Positions 9,445 through 17,525 of a DNA stretch of 64,000 nucleotides are shown piece after piece. The first letter of the stretch is position 1, and every line of letters starts with the position of its first letter. Where the stretch lies: IMG/VR virus record IMGVR_UViG_3300024038_000016; one strand, written 5' to 3'. Below the pieces are notes generated by a model that was given only the letters and a program-made list of their open reading frames with translations, was not told the DNA's origin and did no database searches. The stretch comes from a virus. The position numbers and the translations under genes were made by a program.

Positions 9445-9794
9445 GATTGCAGTCCTTTGAGTTGAAGGTTTTCGATCTTCAGAGCGACCGCATCGAGCTT
9501 GGCCTCGATCACGGTCTGGTTGCGGATGTAGTCCTCGCGGCGCACGTAGTGCAGCGGAAGGTCCGCCTGTAGGCGCAGCAGGTCGCGCTCGACGCGGCGC
9601 CATTGGCCGGCCTCGTCCTTGCCTGCCTGCTCCAGTGCGGCGAACTTGGCGTCCTGCGCTTTGAAGCGCTCGTCAAGGCGCCGCTCGACTTGCGAGAGCA
9701 GCAACTTGCCGCCGGCAAACACGGCCGTGATGAAGGCGAGGAGCAGCCCCACGAGGAAGCTGATCAACGTCCAGAGATCCATCTGAATATTCAT
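9441..9794 (-). CDS. Mu gp25-like membrane protein
   Basis: N-terminal TM, then coiled coil and LPLHYVRREDY. Confidence 0.75.
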   Translation of the reverse strand: MNIQMDLWTLISFLVGLLLAFITAVFAGGKLLLSQVERRLDERFKAQDAKFAALEQAGKDEAGQWRRVERDLLRLQADLPLHYVRREDYIRNQTVIEAKLDAVALKIENLQLKGLQS

Positions 9795-10000
9795 CGGTGA
9801 AGTCTTTCGGCACGCGCCTGGCACGCCAGGCACGTTTGCACGCCCGGCACGGCTGCGCGCCGCGGGCCGGGGATCGGTTCGCCGCACAGTTCGCACTGTT
9901 CGGCCGATTCGTTGCGGGGCGCAGGCAGGATGGCGGCGCGTTGACGCTCCTCCCAATTCCGCAGCTCCAGCGCTTGCGCACGATCGAAGATGTCGGTCAC
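9791..10000 (-). CDS. TraR/DksA-type C4 zinc-finger protein
   Basis: DIFDRAQ..CELCGEPIPGPRRAAVPGVQTCLACQ. Confidence 0.85.
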   Translation of the reverse strand: MTDIFDRAQALELRNWEERQRAAILPAPRNESAEQCELCGEPIPGPRRAAVPGVQTCLACQARAERLHR

Positions 10001-10608
10001 GGCGCCCCCTGGGCGAGTGGCGCGAGCTGCTCTACTTGGGCGGCGGTGCCGCGGCACCATGCGCCGTAGTCGGCGACGTGGGCGAGGATGTCGGCCTGGG
10101 TGACCCCGTCCGCTGGAAGTAGCCAGGCGTCAGCGCTGGCGGCCTCTGAGCTGTCTTGCCCAGTGTCGCTGGCAGTGGCGGGCGTTCCTCCTTCGGACAG
10201 GCCAAGGGCGGCGTTGTAGTCGCGCAGCCAGCCGCGAGTGAACACGCACTCAGGCAAAGGCCGAGCACCAGCACCCGGCGCAGGGATATAGCGGGTCGTA
10301 ACACTGGAGATCCTCGATTGAAGAGTGCGGCGGTCTGCGTCAAAACGGTCGCGCTCGCCGATGAGAGAGAGCTCGGCGACGTGGGCGCGCTGGGCTTCAT
10401 TGCGATAACTGGCAGCGGCTTGCGCCTGGGCTTGGGCGAACTGCCGCGTGGACTCGGTTTGCATGCCTTGCAGCGCGAGATCGGCCGATATTCCGCGGTA
10501 GTGGTAACCAGCTACCGCGCCACCCCCGGCCGAGGCCAGCAGCGCCAGGAGCCCGCCGAAGAGAAGCCAGCCGGTTTGCAGCGAGAGGGGGGCGAAGGCC
10601 TTGAGCAT
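9997..10608 (-). CDS. Inner-membrane spanin (Rz-like)
   Basis: N-terminal TM, helical periplasmic part, follows endolysin, contains nested lipoprotein ORF. Confidence 0.75.
   Translation of the reverse strand: MLKAFAPLSLQTGWLLFGGLLALLASAGGGAVAGYHYRGISADLALQGMQTESTRQFAQAQAQAAASYRNEAQRAHVAELSLIGERDRFDADRRTLQSRISSVTTRYIPAPGAGARPLPECVFTRGWLRDYNAALGLSEGGTPATASDTGQDSSEAASADAWLLPADGVTQADILAHVADYGAWCRGTAAQVEQLAPLAQGAP
10032..10304 (-). CDS. Outer-membrane spanin lipoprotein (Rz1-like), nested
   Basis: GTG start, signal peptide with lipobox LAAGC, Pro-rich mature part, embedded in a second frame. Confidence 0.7.
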   Translation of the reverse strand: MLRPAISLRRVLVLGLCLSACSLAAGCATTTPPLACPKEERPPLPATLGKTAQRPPALTPGYFQRTGSPRPTSSPTSPTTAHGAAAPPPK

Positions 10609-11300
10609 CACGCGCAGACCCCCGGTCCGTAGCCAGCTGCGACGTAAAGCGGCTCCAGGGTCAGGAGGATGCGGCGCGGATAGCCGCGGTTCTCGCGAAA
10701 GGCAGCCGTGCTGCGGCCGGCGTTGAAGCGCTCGACCTGGTTGAACCACACGGCCGGGTTGGCGCCCTGCGCTTGCGCCAGGCGTTCATCACGCCTCACC
10801 CACCCTATGCCACCGTTGTAGCCCGAGAGCACCTTGGCCATGTGCTCACAGGGCGAGGCGCTGGATGTGCGCTCCCACAGGTGCAGGTCGTAGGTGACGA
10901 GCGCCCGCAAGGCCCAGGCGCTGTTGTAGGCACTGCCCACCCCGGCCGGTTGTCTCCCGGCCGGGGGCAGCTCATCGCCTGGGGTGTTCAGATCCGGATA
11001 GGCTGCACTAATCCACTCGGCCGTGCTTGGCATGAATTGCGCGAGCCCCTGGGCGCCGACAGGGCTTGTGGCGTCCGGTCGCCAGCGGCTTTCTTGGTGG
11101 ATCTGCGCGGCGAAGGTTGCCACGGGTGCATCAATGCCCCAGACGAGACGCGCATTGCGGGTCAGCTCCTGGCGGTAGCGCGCGGCCTCCCGTGGGATTT
11201 CCTGCGCCTGACCATGCTTCGACCAGGCGGCGCAGATCGCTACTGCGACGACGATGAGCAGCCGGGCCACGAGTTCGCCGCGACTGATATGGCGGGCCAT
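10608..11300 (-). CDS. SLT lytic transglycosylase endolysin with N-terminal signal
   Basis: QIHQESRW, SPVGAQGLAQFMP, YNGG SLT motifs; hydrophobic N-terminus. Confidence 0.9.
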   Translation of the reverse strand: MARHISRGELVARLLIVVAVAICAAWSKHGQAQEIPREAARYRQELTRNARLVWGIDAPVATFAAQIHQESRWRPDATSPVGAQGLAQFMPSTAEWISAAYPDLNTPGDELPPAGRQPAGVGSAYNSAWALRALVTYDLHLWERTSSASPCEHMAKVLSGYNGGIGWVRRDERLAQAQGANPAVWFNQVERFNAGRSTAAFRENRGYPRRILLTLEPLYVAAGYGPGVCA

Positions 11301-11301
11301 C

Positions 11302-11649
11302 TCAGGCCCCGAGCGCGACGCCGATCATCGCGGCCGCGATGATGACGGCACGACGCAACTGCGCGGCCGCGAAACCGAGGGCCTGCGGCAGTTCCTTGGG
11401 CACGGACTTGACCGTTATGCCCGCGCCCGGCGAGCAGACGACAGCCATGAAGGCGTCGGGCCGCGCGTACGGGAACAGCCCGCGATCGATCCAGTAAGCG
11501 ACCCAGGCCGCACAGGTGATCAGTGACAGCTTGTAGAGAGAGACCGGCAGCAGACGCGGCGCGGTAACTGCGATCGCAACGAGCAACGCCAGGCTGACGA
11601 ACAGCCAGGGCGACATGCGGGCGCAGATGAAGCGGATCAGGTGACGCAT
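11302..11649 (-). CDS. Holin
   Basis: 115 aa, three hydrophobic segments, first gene of lysis cassette. Confidence 0.8.
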   Translation of the reverse strand: MRHLIRFICARMSPWLFVSLALLVAIAVTAPRLLPVSLYKLSLITCAAWVAYWIDRGLFPYARPDAFMAVVCSPGAGITVKSVPKELPQALGFAAAQLRRAVIIAAAMIGVALGA

Positions 11650-11653
11650 AGAG

Positions 11654-11686
11654 CCTCCGATGAAGATGCGTCATCTTCATCGGAGG
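11654..11686 (-). promoter_or_regulatory. Perfect 15-bp hairpin covering the holin Shine-Dalgarno
   Basis: CCTCCGATGAAGATG-ACG-CATCTTCATCGGAGG, then CTCT-ATG. Confidence 0.8.
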
Positions 11687-11714
11687 TCATGCCTGCATCC
11701 GCTAAACGGGTTTA
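11673..11714 (-). promoter_or_regulatory. Late promoter (Plys-like): TAAACCCGTTTA-N24-GAAGAT
   Basis: Matches the element upstream of the protease gene. Confidence 0.7.
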
Positions 11715-11715
11715 A

Positions 11716-11747
11716 GAAGAGAGGCACCCGCAGGGGTGCCTCTCTTC
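11716..11747 (-). terminator. Intrinsic terminator after moron cassette
   Basis: 14-bp perfect stem GAAGAGAGGCACCC/GGGTGCCTCTCTTC directly after stop at 11749. Confidence 0.75.
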
Positions 11748-11748
11748 G

Positions 11749-11925
11749 TTAGGCCTGAGCGGCCGGAACCACCAGACGGAACGCCTTCTTGCCGAACTGG
11801 CGCGCCCACAGCTTGGTGCCGTTCTTCAGGGTGATGTAGGGACGATAGATAACCGTCTCACCCGGACCGGGCTGGCGCGAACCGAAGTCCGAGCCGAAGT
11901 CAAAGCTAGTCTGAGTCTTCTGCAT
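11749..11925 (-). CDS. Small basic protein (58 aa)
   Basis: GGAGGTG RBS; MQKTQTSFDFG..YRPYITLKNGTKLWARQFGKKAFRLVV. Confidence 0.7.
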   Translation of the reverse strand: MQKTQTSFDFGSDFGSRQPGPGETVIYRPYITLKNGTKLWARQFGKKAFRLVVPAAQA

Positions 11926-12116
11926 CCATCTCACACCTCCTTTCCGGACGAAGGATTGCCCTTGAAGGTTGATGAGAGATAGACTCCGTTTCCGTCGTAC
12001 GGGATACGCGAGGTTGCCGCCTCGTGTCTGTCTCAAACCACCTAGCGCGCGCCGCGTCGTCCATCTCGGTGCGCATTGGGATGAGGGGAGCCGCAAGAAT
12101 CATCTTGTGGCTCTTT

Positions 12117-12656
12117 TCATTTCATCATGTCTTCGCGTCTTGCATAGGCTGCCTCCGCGCTCACGCCGAAGTCTCTCGCGATCTCCTCGCACGTGCTGTA
12201 TGCCGCCATCAGGTGTTTCGGCAACAGCAGGAAGGACGCGAACTTATCTGCCTGCCACTCGGAATTGCAGTAGACCTTCGGTGGCGCCGCCGGATCAACG
12301 CGCTTAAGCGTGATCTGGCGATGCATGAGCAGGTGACCGAGCTCATGTCCCAACGTGAAGCGATCTCGGGGCCTACCTTCGCTTGCCCCGTCGTAGACGT
12401 CTTTTCTCAAGCTAATTACGCCCCTATCGGGAAGGGTGCGGCCGTGATCCACACCCATGTCTTCGGGCTCCAAGACCTCGAAGTACGCGCCCGGGACCAG
12501 CGTATCGAGCCACTCGTACAGCGGCACGATGGGGAAGTACTTACGATCAGTCAGGCCGAAGGAGTCTCGAACAACGTTCGCAAGGGCCTCGATAGATGCG
12601 TTCGACCGTGGGGGCACTACCATCCCGTCTCGACGAGCAGAGTATGAGTTTGTCAT
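12117..12656 (-). CDS. ImmA/IrrE-family zinc metallopeptidase
   Basis: RDRFTLGHELGH (HExxH), EWQADKFASFLLLP, FGVS..AA. Confidence 0.92.
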   Translation of the reverse strand: MTNSYSARRDGMVVPPRSNASIEALANVVRDSFGLTDRKYFPIVPLYEWLDTLVPGAYFEVLEPEDMGVDHGRTLPDRGVISLRKDVYDGASEGRPRDRFTLGHELGHLLMHRQITLKRVDPAAPPKVYCNSEWQADKFASFLLLPKHLMAAYSTCEEIARDFGVSAEAAYARREDMMK

Positions 12657-13015
12657 TCGCTCTCCGTGTTCAAAAGACGTTGCAGAGCTTCACGCTGTTC
12701 CGGTGTCATCGAAGAGAATCTACGTGCCAATGCTGTCGCCAACTGGTAATCCTCCGTCGAGGCCTCTCCTAGTCGAAGTACTACCTCTTGCCTGGCTTGA
12801 TTCGCCAAGACTTCGAACACCTCCTTACGTCGCATCACTGACTCGTAGCAACTGGCCAGTTGGCGAACAAAGCCCTCGGGCGCTGGCTTCTTGCCAGTCT
12901 CGATGCTCGACAGGTAGGCGGAGGAGATTCCCAAGGTGGTCGCCATTTCCATCAACGTGATGCCCAAATCAATCCGAAGCTTCCTCAGTTCCTTTCCCAA
13001 ATCCGTCATTGCCAT
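12653..13015 (-). CDS. XRE-family HTH regulator
   Basis: LGKELRKLRIDLGITLMEMATTLGISSAYLSSIETGKK; GGAGG RBS; ATGA overlap with peptidase. Confidence 0.9.
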   Translation of the reverse strand: MAMTDLGKELRKLRIDLGITLMEMATTLGISSAYLSSIETGKKPAPEGFVRQLASCYESVMRRKEVFEVLANQARQEVVLRLGEASTEDYQLATALARRFSSMTPEQREALQRLLNTESE

Positions 13016-13148
13016 AACATCCTCCATCTTCGCGGCGGGGTCGTTTGGCTTCACACCCAAGCAGAGCTAACCCGCAATCTCGGAAAGCGATTTTACTTTC
13101 CGGTAAATTAATCATAGCTTCCCGTGTTGATGAAAGCAACTAGAAAGT

Positions 13149-13175
13149 AAAAAAAGCCCGCCTGGCGGGCCTTTT
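13149..13175 (-). terminator. Intrinsic terminator after mor (possibly bidirectional)
   Basis: GCCCGC-CAG-GCGGGC followed by T7 on the minus strand. Confidence 0.8.
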
Positions 13176-13197
13176 CGTAATCATGGATGAGTGAAAG

Positions 13198-13785
13198 CTA
13201 AAACAGGCGCCCTTGGATCTTGCCTTGCAATCTCGCGCGTTCCTTGGCGATGGTCTTGTAGACCCAGATCACTGACACGTTGAACTCGCGCGCAAGCTGG
13301 ACGTGGTTGTTGCCGCGGAACTTCTCGAACATGCGGCGACCGCGCTCGTCGGATTCGTAGGTCACGCCGCGCGGGATGTAGATGCTCTGGCCGCCCCAAT
13401 GGCGACGGACATACTGCGAGAGGTTCGGACCGTGGGCCCGCGCGGCGACCTCGTCCAGCCCTTCGTGCATGAGATGGCGGATCAGTTCTCGGGCGAGATC
13501 CGCGAGCAACTCGGCATAGAGCCCGCCGGACTCCGAGAAAGTCGGATCGGCTCCTGCCGCCTCTGCCCCGAAGAGATCCGCGTTGGCACGTCCGGCTGAG
13601 GCGTGGCCTTCCTCCGGAACGTAGATAGGAAAGCCACTCCAATGCTCGCGCGCGTGCTCGGCTACCGAAAAGGCGATGGCCCCGGCGCGCTCAGGCGCGA
13701 GCCCCGTCTTCTCGATCTGGCGGCTCAGCTGCGCCACCAGGTCGGCGAGCAGTTCCGGGTAGGCGTCGGGAATGCGATCGGTCAT
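13198..13785 (-). CDS. mor: Mor/C-family late transcription activator with tandem N-terminal domains
   Basis: HWGGQSIYIP and F.GNNHVQLAREFNVSVIWVYKTI motifs. Confidence 0.88.
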   Translation of the reverse strand: MTDRIPDAYPELLADLVAQLSRQIEKTGLAPERAGAIAFSVAEHAREHWSGFPIYVPEEGHASAGRANADLFGAEAAGADPTFSESGGLYAELLADLARELIRHLMHEGLDEVAARAHGPNLSQYVRRHWGGQSIYIPRGVTYESDERGRRMFEKFRGNNHVQLAREFNVSVIWVYKTIAKERARLQGKIQGRLF

Positions 13786-13802
13786 CGAGAACGCTCCTTT
13801 GC

Positions 13803-14396
13803 TCAGATCGGCGCCTGCAGCGGTGCCAGGCGTACCTGCAACGCCTGGAGCGCGCGGATATTTCGCTGCCAGTTGGCTGGCAGTCCCGGCAGCACGCGGT
13901 ACGCGTCATCCAACGTGAGCCCGCGGGCCACGAGAAGCGCTTCCACGTGGGCGAGCAGGGCGCGCTTCTTCTGCTCGTAGGCCAGTGACGCGACGACGTC
14001 TCGCAGCATCGTCGGGGTTGCGAACTCGAATACCTCGACTGACGCGTGCCCGTCTTTCTGAGAGACGCGCTTGAGGATCGCCTTCGCGTAGGCCCACGAG
14101 AGCTTCATGTCGGTCAGTTGCGCCTCGATCTTGCAGACGAGCTCGTCCGCCCCCGGTCGCCCCTTCTGCGGCTTGCCGGGATGCTGGCCGACACTCTTGG
14201 CCTTGGGCGTGCGGGTCGCACCGACCTTGCGCAAATGCTCCAGCACCTGCGCACAGCCCCTCAGATCCAGATCCTTCGTGGAAGTGACGCCGACGACTTT
14301 GCGCAACATCTCGCGGCGCGTGTCGTCGTCAAGGTCGAGCTGGCGACAGGCGGCGAAGATGGCCTTGCGACGGGATGCGAGCTGGGCCGCAGACAT
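13803..14396 (-). CDS. gemA: GemA/gp16-family (DUF1018) protein
   Basis: RQLDLDDDTRREML..STKDLD..QVLEHL; position upstream of mor. Confidence 0.85.
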   Translation of the reverse strand: MSAAQLASRRKAIFAACRQLDLDDDTRREMLRKVVGVTSTKDLDLRGCAQVLEHLRKVGATRTPKAKSVGQHPGKPQKGRPGADELVCKIEAQLTDMKLSWAYAKAILKRVSQKDGHASVEVFEFATPTMLRDVVASLAYEQKKRALLAHVEALLVARGLTLDDAYRVLPGLPANWQRNIRALQALQVRLAPLQAPI

Positions 14397-14398
14397 GA

Positions 14399-14680
14399 TC
14401 AGATGGCCCGCTGCTCTTCGTCGGCGAGCAGCGCTTGTAGTTGCGCGAGCTTCTCGACCTTTTCCAGATCGACGAGCTCTGAGCCGACGATCATGCGCAT
14501 CTGCGCACACATGATTTCTACGTCGGCGATCTCGGTCGCGACATCTGCAGCGGTGCCGCGACCGCTGGCGAAATAGTGGCTCAGCGCGGTGATCAGCTCG
14601 CCGCACTCGGCCATCGTTTGCTGGATCTGCGCAGCGTCGCCAAAGTGCTGCAGGACGCGGCGATAGAGGTGCTGGCTCAC
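14399..14680 (-). CDS. MazG-like NTP pyrophosphohydrolase fold protein
   Basis: QTMAECGELITAL..EIADVEIM. Confidence 0.65.
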   Translation of the reverse strand: MSQHLYRRVLQHFGDAAQIQQTMAECGELITALSHYFASGRGTAADVATEIADVEIMCAQMRMIVGSELVDLEKVEKLAQLQALLADEEQRAI

Positions 14681-15102
14681 GACATTGCCCCCGGAGGCAG
14701 TGTCACATCGGTGCATGTCTTGCGTAGATTGCGGCAGAAGTCCTTCGCGTTCGGCCACCAGGGCTCCCAAAACACGAAATGCTGAGTGGCGTTCTCGGCG
14801 AAGAACGCCTGCAGCTCCTTGCTAAGGGCCCGCGACTTTGCCTTTTTTGCGTACTCAGCGCGGACGGACGCCGAATGGAGAAACACCTTCTTGGGCCGCA
14901 GGAAGAGACACGCTTCCTCTGCCTGGCCCTTGCACCACTCCGTGCGCATGTAGCCATCGACATAGACAGCGATGCCGATGCGACCCTTGCGCCGCTGCAC
15001 ATAGGCCGAAACCTTATGGCCGTCGCACATCAAGATGACGGCGCCGAAGAAGCCGGAAAGGCGATCTTCGATATCGGTCCATTGCTCTTTGGTGAGTGCC
15101 AT
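14677..15102 (-). CDS. Hypothetical protein
   Basis: Coupled ORF in early/middle operon. Confidence 0.7.
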   Translation of the reverse strand: MALTKEQWTDIEDRLSGFFGAVILMCDGHKVSAYVQRRKGRIGIAVYVDGYMRTEWCKGQAEEACLFLRPKKVFLHSASVRAEYAKKAKSRALSKELQAFFAENATQHFVFWEPWWPNAKDFCRNLRKTCTDVTLPPGAMS

Positions 15103-15170
15103 TGCTTCTCGCTCCGTCAAACCAGCTTGTCGGATGGCCCGCTCTGACACGGACCATCGAACCAGCAGGC

Positions 15171-15353
15171 TCAGTGCATTGCCTCGGTTGCACGGTTGTT
15201 GGTTACCTCGCCGTTCGGCCAGGTCGTTTCCACTTCGCTGTCACACAGGCGCGGGCCCTTGCGATAGATGCGCACTTCCATGCCCTCGGGCATGAGGCGG
15301 CTCACGGTGGTGATCGCGGCCGCCAGCTCGACGCGGCGCTCTTCATCTGTCAT
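15171..15353 (-). CDS. Hypothetical protein
   Basis: 60 aa, co-oriented, tight spacing. Confidence 0.6.
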   Translation of the reverse strand: MTDEERRVELAAAITTVSRLMPEGMEVRIYRKGPRLCDSEVETTWPNGEVTNNRATEAMH

Positions 15354-15356
15354 CGC

Positions 15357-15722
15357 TCAGGTCTCCGGGCGGCCGCGGTATGTGGCGACATCGCGCGCCA
15401 CGGCCGTGGGTTGGCCGTTCTCGTCGTAGATTTCGGCAAGCCACTCGGCGTCGCGAACGATCGCAGCGGCCGCCTGCGCTTCGGTGAAGTGGTGTTCGAG
15501 CACGAGCAGGTGCTCGACCTCGGCCAGGAAGGCCTGGAAGCTCTGGCGGCCTGAGCGCGTGGGGAGCGAATACGGCACGAGCGGAGAAACGCGCGTTAGG
15601 CGGCCCGCCGTGTGCGAGACAACCGCGTCAAAAATCTGCTCGGCGGCGAGTCCAGTGGCGCGAATGACCGTCGCGGTTTGCGTGCGGCGCACGACGATGG
15701 TTCCGAGAGTTCCGCGCGTCAT
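15357..15722 (-). CDS. Hypothetical protein
   Basis: Co-oriented, stop/start overlap. Confidence 0.65.
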   Translation of the reverse strand: MTRGTLGTIVVRRTQTATVIRATGLAAEQIFDAVVSHTAGRLTRVSPLVPYSLPTRSGRQSFQAFLAEVEHLLVLEHHFTEAQAAAAIVRDAEWLAEIYDENGQPTAVARDVATYRGRPET

Positions 15723-15952
15723 CAGTGCAGTTCCGTCCGGCGATCGTCGACTACGAACACGTTGCGATCCACGATCGACTGGATGATCTGGGCGGTCTGC
15801 TCGGCCTTGCCCTCCATGTGCGAAACGACGATGCGAGCCAGGTCCCGAGACAGGGCGCGGAGTACCTCGAGCAGTGCCGCGTTCTCCTGTTGCAGAGCTT
15901 CGACCGTGACAGGCACGTCCGCAGGGCCCAGGCCATTGAGGTTCGTGGTCAT
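15722..15952 (-). CDS. Hypothetical coiled-coil protein
   Basis: MTTNLNG..LQQENAALLEVL. Confidence 0.6.
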   Translation of the reverse strand: MTTNLNGLGPADVPVTVEALQQENAALLEVLRALSRDLARIVVSHMEGKAEQTAQIIQSIVDRNVFVVDDRRTELH

Positions 15953-15953
15953 G

Positions 15954-16577
15954 TCAGGCTCCCGCCAGATCCAGGGCGATCGCTTCATAGCGATCGGTCT
16001 CGCCCACGCGTTCATAGACACGCACGTAAGGCTTGCTGCCCGCGACCTGGACGCTGTCGGCGATCGCGGTCATCGCCCGGTTCCACTTCTCGTCCTGGAT
16101 GTTCAGGCGCTTGAGGCCCAGCACGCGGCCGGTATTGATCTTTCCTTCCTTGTTCACCTGGAAGGCGTCATTGATCAGCGCGCGGATCTCGTCGCGGGCG
16201 CCCTCGGTCCAGTCCTGGATGCACTCGTCGATGAGGGCCTTGGCGGCCTGCAGGCGCTCGTCGAAGACCAGGTGTTCGGCGATCTGGCGCACGACCTTGT
16301 AGCGGCCGTCAAAGCTCATGAGGGTGACGTTGCCCTTCTGGCCACCGAGCTTCACGCCGTACTGCTCGACGCTCATGTCGACGAAGGCGGCGATGTCGTT
16401 GAAGGCGCGGGCCTTGTACTTCGAGAGCACCCCGGAGACAGCCTTGGCCTCAGTGACGAGCTCCTCGACGAGCTCGTGGCGAGCCCGATCGACCGGCTTG
16501 ACCATCGACTCAGGGATCAGGCGGCCTTCGGCGTCTCGCCAATAGCCAGGGGGCACTGCGTTAGCGGGTGCGTTCAT
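15954..16577 (-). CDS. DUF3164-family protein (Gam position)
   Basis: GYWRDAEGRLIP, KGNVTLMSFDGRYKV, FDERLQAAKALIDECI. Confidence 0.85.
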   Translation of the reverse strand: MNAPANAVPPGYWRDAEGRLIPESMVKPVDRARHELVEELVTEAKAVSGVLSKYKARAFNDIAAFVDMSVEQYGVKLGGQKGNVTLMSFDGRYKVVRQIAEHLVFDERLQAAKALIDECIQDWTEGARDEIRALINDAFQVNKEGKINTGRVLGLKRLNIQDEKWNRAMTAIADSVQVAGSKPYVRVYERVGETDRYEAIALDLAGA

Positions 16578-16906
16578 TACGCGAGTCCTTGTGATGAGAT
16601 AGGTTCGGCGTCGCTCTCCGGAGCGAAGCGGGCGGAATGGGCGACGGCATCGCGCGCGGCGAGCACGCTGCGGCGGGACGGACAGCGGGCGACGCCCGCG
16701 GGAGTCAGCTCGAAGCGGCCGTCCTGGCGTTCGCGCGCGAAGCCGGCCTTCATGAGGGTCTGCAGGACCGCGAAGTAGCCGCCGCCGCAGCGCTCGGCCA
16801 ATTGGTCAGATCCCATGTGCTGCGCGCGAAGGGCGAGCAGCATGCGACCGCGGGGCGAGTGCAGGCCGTAGAGGTGCTCGGCACCGACTGTGCGAGGGCG
16901 GCCCAT
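16577..16906 (-). CDS. Hypothetical winged-helix-like protein
   Basis: LMKAGFARE..RFELTPAG wHTH-like pattern. Confidence 0.6.
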   Translation of the reverse strand: MGRPRTVGAEHLYGLHSPRGRMLLALRAQHMGSDQLAERCGGGYFAVLQTLMKAGFARERQDGRFELTPAGVARCPSRRSVLAARDAVAHSARFAPESDAEPISSQGLA

Positions 16907-17175
16907 CAGCGCATCTCCTCAATCCAGCGCACGGTACAGCCCGCGAAGCCGACCGAGACTTGCTCGTGTTGCGCGTCAAGCTGTCGGGTGAGAACGCCGT
17001 GCGCGTGGGGGCGAATCGCCTTGAAGCAACCGGGCGCGACGTCGAGCGTCAGGGACGCGTCGAGCGAGACCCGCAGCACCTTGCAGCCCAGGGCGCGCAG
17101 TTCGCAGATCGCACGGTTCTGCAGGCCCAAGCGCTGCGTGGTAACGATGGAAAGGACACGGGGAAGGGTCTGCAC
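16906..17175 (-). CDS. Hypothetical protein
   Basis: Co-oriented; ends in FAGCTVRW. Confidence 0.65.
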   Translation of the reverse strand: MQTLPRVLSIVTTQRLGLQNRAICELRALGCKVLRVSLDASLTLDVAPGCFKAIRPHAHGVLTRQLDAQHEQVSVGFAGCTVRWIEEMR

Positions 17176-17177
17176 GG

Positions 17178-17525
17178 TCAGGCCTCCTTCGGTTTGCCGG
17201 GGCACTGACGGCAGGCCTGCCAGTGCGCGAGCTTGAGCGGGTTGTGGGTGGGTGGTTCGGCGAGCGCAACGGCGCGACAGGCGTCCTGCGTGATGTGCGC
17301 GTTCAGGTACGGACAGGTGAAGCCGTCCAGCGCGGCCAGCACGTCACGCGCCACGCCGCTTTCTCCGGCGGGGTACTTGCGGCGCACGAACATGGAGACT
17401 GCCGAGCGCTTGAGGCCGCAGCGCTCGGCCACGGCGGCAAAGCCGCCTTCGCCGGCATCCTTGGTGGCACGCGCTGCCATGTCGCGCGCCCGCTCGATTT
17501 CGACTTGGGGCAGCGGCTCACGCAT
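17178..17525 (-). CDS. HTH plus Cys-cluster protein
   Basis: AAVAERCGLKRSAVSMF..KYP; CPYL..C..C..CP. Confidence 0.7.
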   Translation of the reverse strand: MREPLPQVEIERARDMAARATKDAGEGGFAAVAERCGLKRSAVSMFVRRKYPAGESGVARDVLAALDGFTCPYLNAHITQDACRAVALAEPPTHNPLKLAHWQACRQCPGKPKEA

